Shown here in pieces: positions 56,869-64,000 of a stretch of DNA of 64,000 bases (positions within the stretch are counted from its first letter, which is position 1; every line of letters starts with the position of its first letter). The notes beneath the pieces were generated by a model. It did not search any database and had not been told where the DNA came from. It was given only the letters and a program-made list of their open reading frames with translations. The DNA is from Candidatus Flemingiibacterium sp. (GTDB lineage Bacteria > Bacillota > Clostridia > Oscillospirales > CAG-272), in the NCBI GenBank assembly GCA_045636145.1, contig JAZTWV010000030.1, positions 623 to 64,622 on the forward strand, written 5' to 3'. A program made the position numbers and the translations under genes.

Positions 56869-59800
56869 ATGAGAAATCTCAAGAAGTTTCTTGCATTAGT
56901 GCTCGCTATGATTATGGTAGTAAGCGCTACTGCTATGGTTTCCGCTGATTTCACTGACGTTGCTGCTGACAGCAAGTATGCTGCTGCTATCAACGACCTC
57001 GCAGTGAAGGGTATCGTTAAGGGTACCTCGGATACCACTTTTGGTCCTGAACAGGACGTTACCAGATGGCAGATGGCTCTGTTTGTAGCAAGAGCTATCA
57101 CCGGTGAAGTTGAGTCCGACGACGTTTGGGCTAACGGCATCGTTCCTTTTACCGATGTTACCTCTTATAAGGGCGCTATCCAGTGCGCATACCTCAACGG
57201 TATTATCAACGGTACTTCCGCAACCACTTTCGCTCCCAACGACGGCATCACCTACGTTGCAGCTCTCAAGATGGCAGTTTGCGCTCTTGGCTACGGCGAG
57301 GATCTTACCTGGCCTTGGGGCTACTACAACAAGGCAGCTGAACTCGGTCTCACCGCTAACATGGATCTCGATGATCTTAACGTTGAGCTCAACAGAGCTG
57401 AGACCGCTCAGATCATCTACAACATGATCTACGCTGCTCCCGCTGACGGCGGCAAGACTTTTGCAGCTGAGAACTTCTCTATCGCTGCTCCCGAGAACAC
57501 CACTCTCTTCGCTATCACCGCTACTCCTAAGCAGTACGGTTATACCGAGGTTGACGAGAACGAGGAAGTTATTGCAGCTTACAACTCCGCTTCTGATGTT
57601 GACGGCGAGTTTGTAGGTCTCCAGCAGCTCATCAACGGCGTTCCTGCAGGCAAGATGCTCTACGTTGCAGTAGAGACCATCGGTCTTACCGCAGAAAACG
57701 TTGAGGACTACTTCAACTATGCAATTGAGCTCGTAAACTTTGACGAGGCTACCGGCGCATTCACCGGCTATGTAATGGGCGATGCTCCTAAGACCATCAC
57801 TCATGCAGATGTTAAGTTCGCTTCCAGCAACGACAAGCTCGTTATTGACGGCGCTACTTATACCGGCGTTGACAGCTTCACCGGTGCTTCCCTCATCAAT
57901 GAGCTCGTTATCTACAACGGCACAGGCGTAGCTGAGAACGCTAAGATGCTTCTCACCAACAAGGATGGCGACATCATTGACGAAACCGGCGAGGTTATCG
58001 CTGTATTCGCATATGAGTCCTCCACCGGTGCTAAGTACTACTACGATGGCTCCAGCAAGAAGGTTATCACCGCTGCTAAGGCTCTCGAAGATTACGGCGT
58101 GTTCGTAGACGATGCTGAGAGCACCGACTACATCAAGTACGAGACCCTCACTTCCGCTAACAACGAGATCGAAGATACTCTTTACCTCAACGCTTTTGAG
58201 ATGAAGATGTTCGACGATGACCGCGACGGCAAGTATGAGCGTGCTTACTATGCTCCTATCTACATGAGCGTATACTACACCTTCAAGGCTGAGATCGACG
58301 ACAAGGAAGTTGACGCTGACGGTCTTGTATACACCGTATACGGTGAGACTGTAGCAGCTGACAAGGTTGCTTACACCAATGAAGCTGCTAAGAAGGAAGG
58401 CGCTGTTTCTGTATTCACTTACAACGAGCAGCTCGACAAGATCAACGTAATCGACGTTCTCGAAATGAAGACCGGTTATGTTGAGGAGATTGACTCCACT
58501 AAGTACAATGCTACTCACGGCTACGGCGCAGTAAAGGTTACTGTTGACGGCGTAGCTTACGAAATCGGTTACGACTACGCTAAGGTAAGCGGTCAGACCA
58601 CTCAGGGCTCCGCTATGGGCGCAACCCTCATTCCTTACGATGATTCCAACTCCAACAAGTACGGTGTTGACAAGGTAGCTACCAGACCCTTCATCCAGTA
58701 CATTGTTGACAGAGCTACTTGGATCGACGATCTCCAGATCGACACCTACATCGGCTTCTACGCTTACAACGGCGTTATCATCTACGCTTCCGAGCTTGAG
58801 ATTTCCAACCTCTACGAGTTCGTAGTTGTTGAAGATTTCGCAGATTACGACCTCGCAAAGATCTACCTTGATCTTTGGGTAGGCGGCGAGCTTGAGGAAG
58901 AGGCTCTCGTTACCGAGCTTGACGGCAAGGAGCTTGAGGATCTTTCCACTTACAAGTTCTCCATGCTTCTCTCTGAGAAGGAATACTTCTACACCGGTAA
59001 CATCTATGCAGCTCATAAGGTTGAAGACGCTTACGTTCTCGATGAGATCATAACTGTTGACAACTTTGTTGACTACGAGCTTATCGACGCTAAGATCGCT
59101 GATGAGGACTATGTAGCAGCTCTCGCAGCTTACGATGCAGCTATGGCAGAAGATCCTACACAGACCGCTGTTGAGGCTCCCGCTGGCGGTGAGATCGTAT
59201 TTGATGACGGTTCCACCAGAGGTGCTGACAGAGCAACCAGAATCCGCACCTCCAAGACCACTGTATTCTACTTCATCGAGAATGCAGAGTGCGACTGCAA
59301 GACTCCTTGCGATCCTGCAGATCCCGCTGAAAAGTGCGATTCTATCAACGACGCTATGAGAACTGTTTCCGTATTCGTTGGTCAGCCTGACGATGCAACC
59401 ATCAAGTTCAACGATGATACCGCTATCTGGGTTGACGCTCTCGGTCACGGTACCGCTGAGACCAACGGCAGAGCTTCCGTAGTATTCGTAATCAATCCTG
59501 AAGAGCACTCCGGCTTCTTCGGTCTTACTGATGCTACTTACGTACTGACCAATCTCTCTACTAAGGCTACCAAGCTTGCTTCCGCTGAGAAGCTCGGTCT
59601 TCCTAAGGAGTACGATGGTACTTACTACATGTACTCCAATGCAGCTATCAGCCTTGACGATGCTTCCAGAATGAACATCTACTCTAAGGTAGAGCTTAAG
59701 GGCAACTACGTTTACAAGGTTGACGCAAACGGTGTTGTATATCTTAAGGACTCCGCTAACTTCGGCGCAGGTGCTGAGCTTACCGATACTGAGAATCATC

Positions 59801-60525
59801 AGCTTTGGACCTCCGCAGGTGTTGTAAGCTCCATGAACACCAGACGTAACTACGTTAAGTACGGTATCACCGATATGAACGGTGAGGCAAACACCACCGC
59901 TGATGCGCAGTGGGCAGAGCCTAACGGCACCGTAAGATACCATGACTTCGTTTGGTATGACAAGGCTAACACCAAGCAGATTGCTGAGGCACAGGCTGAG
60001 TTTGCTGAGCTCCTCGCTGAGGTTGCTAACAAGGCTATCGCAGGCGAAATCACCACCGGTGCTGAGTACGCTGATGCTCTTGGCTACGATGCTGATGAAA
60101 GCCTCAAGGCTGCTACTGATGTTATGGCATTCCTTGCAGACCTCGTTGCAGCAGGTAATGAAGTTGATGCAGACGACATCGAGTTCGAGGATATTCCTGA
60201 TACCATTTATGAGGTTGAGCTTATCACTCCTCTCGTACACGCTGACTTTGTTGACGACTATGTAGAGGTTGAGATCCTTTCCGGCGATAATGCAGGTACT
60301 TACCTCATCGACGAAGACGATCACATCACCGATATCATCGTTGTTAAGCAGAACGGTCTCGGCGTAGTTACCGGCGAGGACGCTATCGAGCTTCTTAACT
60401 CCGCTCCTCAGGTAATGTGGATCGGCGAAAAGGATGCTACCGGCGTTATGGGCGAGCTCTTCTCCGAGTATCTCGTTGACGGCTCCATCCTCTTCGTAGT
60501 TGGCTATGCTAACAACGTTAAATAA
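56869..60525 (+). CDS. S-layer / cell-surface protein with N-terminal SLH domains
   Basis: Signal peptide. SLH repeats (FTDVAADSKYAAAINDLAVKGIVKGTS..., FTDVTSYKGAIQCAYLNGIINGTS..., third degenerate). 1218 aa, extreme codon bias, AAGGAG RBS. Confidence 0.88.
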   Translation: MRNLKKFLALVLAMIMVVSATAMVSADFTDVAADSKYAAAINDLAVKGIVKGTSDTTFGPEQDVTRWQMALFVARAITGEVESDDVWANGIVPFTDVTSYKGAIQCAYLNGIINGTSATTFAPNDGITYVAALKMAVCALGYGEDLTWPWGYYNKAAELGLTANMDLDDLNVELNRAETAQIIYNMIYAAPADGGKTFAAENFSIAAPENTTLFAITATPKQYGYTEVDENEEVIAAYNSASDVDGEFVGLQQLINGVPAGKMLYVAVETIGLTAENVEDYFNYAIELVNFDEATGAFTGYVMGDAPKTITHADVKFASSNDKLVIDGATYTGVDSFTGASLINELVIYNGTGVAENAKMLLTNKDGDIIDETGEVIAVFAYESSTGAKYYYDGSSKKVITAAKALEDYGVFVDDAESTDYIKYETLTSANNEIEDTLYLNAFEMKMFDDDRDGKYERAYYAPIYMSVYYTFKAEIDDKEVDADGLVYTVYGETVAADKVAYTNEAAKKEGAVSVFTYNEQLDKINVIDVLEMKTGYVEEIDSTKYNATHGYGAVKVTVDGVAYEIGYDYAKVSGQTTQGSAMGATLIPYDDSNSNKYGVDKVATRPFIQYIVDRATWIDDLQIDTYIGFYAYNGVIIYASELEISNLYEFVVVEDFADYDLAKIYLDLWVGGELEEEALVTELDGKELEDLSTYKFSMLLSEKEYFYTGNIYAAHKVEDAYVLDEIITVDNFVDYELIDAKIADEDYVAALAAYDAAMAEDPTQTAVEAPAGGEIVFDDGSTRGADRATRIRTSKTTVFYFIENAECDCKTPCDPADPAEKCDSINDAMRTVSVFVGQPDDATIKFNDDTAIWVDALGHGTAETNGRASVVFVINPEEHSGFFGLTDATYVLTNLSTKATKLASAEKLGLPKEYDGTYYMYSNAAISLDDASRMNIYSKVELKGNYVYKVDANGVVYLKDSANFGAGAELTDTENHQLWTSAGVVSSMNTRRNYVKYGITDMNGEANTTADAQWAEPNGTVRYHDFVWYDKANTKQIAEAQAEFAELLAEVANKAIAGEITTGAEYADALGYDADESLKAATDVMAFLADLVAAGNEVDADDIEFEDIPDTIYEVELITPLVHADFVDDYVEVEILSGDNAGTYLIDEDDHITDIIVVKQNGLGVVTGEDAIELLNSAPQVMWIGEKDATGVMGELFSEYLVDGSILFVVGYANNVK

Positions 60526-60561
60526 TTCGATCGGTTAGATTGATTTATAAGTCATAATATG

Positions 60562-60592
60562 AAAACCGCTCCCTTCGGGGAGCGGTTTTTGT
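60562..60592 (+). terminator. rho-independent terminator
   Basis: AAACCGCTCCC-TTCG-GGGAGCGGTTT plus T run. Confidence 0.9.
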
Positions 60593-60618
60593 GTGTTTGT
60601 GGTGGTGGGTTGGAAAAT

Positions 60619-60648
60619 GGCGGGCGATTCGTGAATCGCCCCTACGGG
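60619..60648 (-). repeat. REP-like GTAG hairpin
   Basis: GGGCGATTC-GTG-AATCGCCC followed by CTAC (60642-60645); same stem as the copy at 44077-44105. Confidence 0.75.
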
Positions 60649-60762
60649 AAGTTGCAATTTTGATAAATTGTTGTAAATATTGATGGCTCTATGTCAATAG
60701 TTGGGGGAAAGAAAACTAAAAAACCGCCTGCACACCGAAAAAAACGGTGGGGAGGCGGGTTT

Positions 60763-61295
60763 TTATACAGAGATATGATTTGTGGGGGAATATAATCTGT
60801 CGTGCTGCCAGCGCATAGGGTTTTCTTTGATATATGCTGAAATTTCGTTGTAGTCGTCTTGATTTCGTATGATGTGGTCGTAGAATGAGCGTTGAAAAAT
60901 CTTTTCACCAATTGTTTTGTTGGTTTGATTTATCTCTTTTGTTATTTGATATTTAAGCCATCCGATTATCGCATCTACCGTAGGGGAGGGGTCTCCCCTC
61001 CCGTCCTTCCTAATAACGGATAACAGCATATGTACATGATTTGGCATAATAACGTGATAATCAACGGTTACTTTTTCAAATTTTTCAGGTATACTTTCAG
61101 TCCACTTATTGGTGATTTCTCCGTAACGGGATAATTGCGGAAGGGGAGACCCTCCCCTACGATTGATGATAGAATATTCTTCCTATCTCTTGTACATATG
61201 GTTATAAAATACGCGCCGGTGGTGCCGTAATCAAAATTTTTTAGCCTGATTGATTTCCTTTGGGGCAAATTATGTTCCGTATTCATTATTATCAA
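60763..61295 (-). pseudogene. RAYT/IS200-like HUH (Y1) transposase gene split by a 1-nt frameshift
   Basis: Two adjacent ORFs (61295-61068 and 61047-60763). N-terminal RKSIRLKNFDYGTTGAYFITICT, HUH motif MPNHVHML, Tyr motif QRSFYDHIIRN. Adding one G to the GGG run at 61150-61152 fuses them into a ~177-aa product. Confidence 0.75.
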
Positions 61296-61304
61296 TACAT
61301 CAGC

Positions 61305-62279
61305 TTACGATAACTTCTGCAACCGTATATCCTTGCCGGTGAAACGGTACACCATGAAATCGCCGAACAGACGGCTTGTTATACGGTCGCTGTAACGCTC
61401 GCGTATCTCGCTTTGGGTGAGATTCGTGCTGATTATCATTGACTTTCGCTGATTTATGCGAGTGTTGATAATATTGTAAAGGCAGGAGACGGTGAATTGG
61501 TTCGCCACTTCTGTTCCGAGATCGTCTATTATAAGTAAATCGCAATCGAAATACTTGTCTGTACGCACCTCTGAGGTGTCGCTGTAGCCGCGCACGAAGC
61601 GCTCATATTCGAAATCTGCAAGAATGTTCTGAGATGTGTCGTAAACTACGTCAAATCCGCGCTCTATTACTGATTTTGCCACAGAAGTTGAGAGATGGGT
61701 CTTGCCAAGACCTGTAGTGCCGCAGAAAAACATATTTTTGCCGTTATTTTCTGTGAAGTCGTTTGCATACTCCTTGCAGGCGGCAAGTGTAAACTCCATA
61801 TTCGCGCGCTCATCCCTTGAGCGGTTGTAATAATCAAGGCTGAAGGTGTCAAAGCTCTGAGTGCGCATAAGATTGCCGATGCCGGAGCTTTCATAGCCCG
61901 CAAGCACAAGATCACGGCGCATACATTCGCACAGCTTAGTGCCCACAAAGCCGGTGTCACTGCATTTCTCGCATTCATATTTAACCGCGGTATAATCCGC
62001 CGGATAGCCGATGGACTCCAGATACTGCGCACGGATAGCTAAAAGCTCGCGATTATTTTCACGGAGCTTGGCAATACGCTCCTCAAGTCCTTCCTTGCCT
62101 TTAAGTGATTCACGCATGATGGAAAGACCCGTTTCGGAAAGAACACGGTCTATCTTAAGCAGTTCGGGATATTTTTGATGAAGCTCATTTGCCCGGCGCT
62201 CTGCGGCTTCCTTGGCGCGCAGATTTTTGTCGGCATATTCCTGCCGTATTCTCACATAGTTTTCTTTGTTGTATCCCAT
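61305..62279 (-). CDS. DnaI/DnaC-like helicase loader ATPase
   Basis: CEKCSDTGF...CECM zinc module, Walker A GTTGLGKTHL, Walker B LLIIDDLG. Confidence 0.85.
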   Translation of the reverse strand: MGYNKENYVRIRQEYADKNLRAKEAAERRANELHQKYPELLKIDRVLSETGLSIMRESLKGKEGLEERIAKLRENNRELLAIRAQYLESIGYPADYTAVKYECEKCSDTGFVGTKLCECMRRDLVLAGYESSGIGNLMRTQSFDTFSLDYYNRSRDERANMEFTLAACKEYANDFTENNGKNMFFCGTTGLGKTHLSTSVAKSVIERGFDVVYDTSQNILADFEYERFVRGYSDTSEVRTDKYFDCDLLIIDDLGTEVANQFTVSCLYNIINTRINQRKSMIISTNLTQSEIRERYSDRITSRLFGDFMVYRFTGKDIRLQKLS

Positions 62280-62298
62280 GCTTTACCTCGCTTTGCGA

Positions 62299-63294
62299 TC
62301 AGGTGGCGGATTCGCTTTTTTTAAGATGTTTTTTGGTGTTTGCCACCGCCGCTTCGAAATATTCATCGGTTTCGAAGCCTGAGCCGGTCTTTTCGGCAGC
62401 TGCCTTGTTTCGCTGATACTGTTCAAGTGATGCTTCCACCAGTGTTAGTGTGGTAAGACCGCTGTTATGCCAATTTTCAAGAATGCGGTTCATGTATGCG
62501 ATCTTGTAGCCGCCGATACTGTCCACTGTAGCCTCGTAAGCTCTCTTAATAACGTCCATAGACAATTTCCACTCGTCTGACCACCTATCCACAAACTGTT
62601 TTTCTCTTGCGGTCAGTGAACGCGATGTGCCGATTATAGACTTGAAACGCGAGTAGATCTCATCATGGTGAGCACGCTGCTCTATGTACTCGCTGAGCTG
62701 TGCTGTGGTGCTGATGTCCTCGTCGTGCATGGTCAGAGCCACTTTTTCGATGTATCTTGGAGATGTTTTACCGTTTGCCTTACAGTAGGAGTACAGAGTT
62801 TCGATATACCCGGGATCGCTTAGTTTAAGATAGTCGTACAGGCATACGATAGAGGCGGTCTCCGCCGGGGTGAATATCTTGCCCACGATCTGCTGACAGG
62901 AGTCGATGATCCCTTTAAGTGCGCTGTGCTTTTCCATGGCATCAGCGGTCTGACTTTCCGTATAGGTGGGCAGGGAGAAGGATTGAAGCGTTTTCGCGGC
63001 GGGTGAGGATGAATTTTCAGCCGCAGGCAGGACGGTGCTGTCCCCGGCATCCATAACGCCTGCCCTGCGCCAAAAGTCAAGGGCGCGTCCAAGCGCGGTC
63101 TTTGTGCAGTCAAGCTGTTTGCATATTTTTTCGCAGGCACTGTCGTAATCGGAACGCAGAGAGTCGTCGGCTGCCGCAATAAGCAGTACCTTAAGCTCAA
63201 ATTCCCGTGCGGATTGGAGAGACAGCATAACATTCTCGCGTGGAAGCGCAAAAACACTGTCTCCGTATTTGATTTTCAGTTTTTTTGCGCTCAT
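62299..63294 (-). CDS. DnaD-domain replication initiation protein (DnaB/DnaD-like)
   Basis: ATG 63294 after GGAGGG; DnaD-like repeats (...SPRYIEKV..., ...YMNRILENW...); immediately upstream of the loader gene. Confidence 0.7.
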   Translation of the reverse strand: MSAKKLKIKYGDSVFALPRENVMLSLQSAREFELKVLLIAAADDSLRSDYDSACEKICKQLDCTKTALGRALDFWRRAGVMDAGDSTVLPAAENSSSPAAKTLQSFSLPTYTESQTADAMEKHSALKGIIDSCQQIVGKIFTPAETASIVCLYDYLKLSDPGYIETLYSYCKANGKTSPRYIEKVALTMHDEDISTTAQLSEYIEQRAHHDEIYSRFKSIIGTSRSLTAREKQFVDRWSDEWKLSMDVIKRAYEATVDSIGGYKIAYMNRILENWHNSGLTTLTLVEASLEQYQRNKAAAEKTGSGFETDEYFEAAVANTKKHLKKSESAT

Positions 63295-63310
63295 ATTTCC
63301 CTCCGAGGAT

Positions 63311-63985
63311 TTATTTGGTAAGCTCATAGCAGAGCGTCATAAGAGAGTCGCCCATATGTACATTTTGTGTCATTACACCCTTGTGTGTGAGGTCAATTTC
63401 AGTGCTTGCGAAGTTCCAAAGCCCCTTTATGCCCATATCTGCAAGCTGTTCGGCGGTTTCGCGAACAACGGTTTTGGGAAGGGTAAGCACCGCGATGTTT
63501 ACAGTGTTGTTTTTGCAGTATTCTTCAAGCTCATCCATGGATTTTACAGTATAACCGGAAAATTCCTTGCCAATCACATCGGGAGAGTTGTCAAAGAGGG
63601 CTGTGAGTCTGATTCCGCGGCGCTCAAATATAGGACTTGCGGCAAGCGCTCTGCCGAGATTCCCCGAACCGATGATAACTGCGTTGAAATTGTGGGAAAC
63701 GCCAAGAATCTCGCCGATTTTACCGTAGAGATATTTGACGTTGTAGCCGTACCCCTGTTGTCCGAAGCCGCCGAAGCAGTTCAGGTCCTGCCGTATCTGG
63801 GAGGCTGTGACGTGCATAAGCTTTGACAGCTCACCGGATGAGATACGGAGTATATCATTTTGCAAAAGCTCACGAAGATAGCGGTAATATCGCGGAAGCC
63901 GCTTGATAACGGCAGGCGAGACATAGTTCTTATTCTCGTCGGACGAAGCTTCATCACGGAGTTTGTCACGATTTTCCGAATTCAT
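63311..63985 (-). CDS. rex: redox-sensing transcriptional repressor Rex
   Basis: VIKRLPRYYRYLREL, Rossmann IIGSGNLGRAL. Confidence 0.93.
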   Translation of the reverse strand: MNSENRDKLRDEASSDENKNYVSPAVIKRLPRYYRYLRELLQNDILRISSGELSKLMHVTASQIRQDLNCFGGFGQQGYGYNVKYLYGKIGEILGVSHNFNAVIIGSGNLGRALAASPIFERRGIRLTALFDNSPDVIGKEFSGYTVKSMDELEEYCKNNTVNIAVLTLPKTVVRETAEQLADMGIKGLWNFASTEIDLTHKGVMTQNVHMGDSLMTLCYELTK

Positions 63986-64000
63986 AAATGTATTCCTTTC

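Noticed and set aside
56896-60324. 1142-aa ORF antisense to the S-layer gene
   Set aside because: It exactly mirrors the strongly codon-biased SLH gene (GNN/RNY-rich codons leave the complementary frame stop-free). It has no RBS or start context, its sequence is low-complexity V/S/G/L-rich, and the sense gene has a signal peptide and SLH motifs.

Overview
Chromosomal segment of a Firmicutes/Clostridia-type genome (Oscillospiraceae-like by gene content), read by eye with no database searches. Typical signals are AGGAGG ribosome-binding sites, many TTGACA-N17-TATAAT promoters, a T-box leader and an SLH-domain surface protein. About 58 coding regions are supported. Most are housekeeping: dxs, a nagA/nagB-like/sugar-kinase cluster, a five-gene Opp-type ABC importer, nrdR, pyrE, T-box-pheS-pheT, ahcY, prfB, an ABC-F ATPase, lexA, infC-rpmI-rplT, metG, tatD, htrA-like, a D-Ala-D-Ala carboxypeptidase, a 1218-aa S-layer protein, a dnaD/dnaI-like pair and rex. 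No rRNA, tRNA, CRISPR array or prophage was found. Four things deserve a second look. (1) A family of GTAG-flanked hairpin repeats (REP-like) sits at three loci. Beside one locus is an HUH/Y1 (RAYT/IS200-like) transposase gene that carries two inverted copies of the same hairpin inside its own reading frame. That gene is interrupted by a single-G deletion within one hairpin arm. (2) The Opp-type transporter is highly derived. Its binding protein looks circularly permuted, one permease has a ~270-aa external insertion, one ATPase has a ~235-aa coiled-coil insertion, the second ATPase has a C-terminal membrane hairpin, and an ApbE-like degenerate protein follows. (3) An AT-rich type II restriction-modification islet pairs an HTH-fused m5C methyltransferase with a divergent, family-unassigned nuclease candidate. 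(4) There are smaller oddities: an XRE-controlled two-gene islet, a Cys/Asp-rich small membrane protein, and an HPr-like protein lacking the catalytic His. All family assignments are motif recognition and need HMM or BLAST confirmation.
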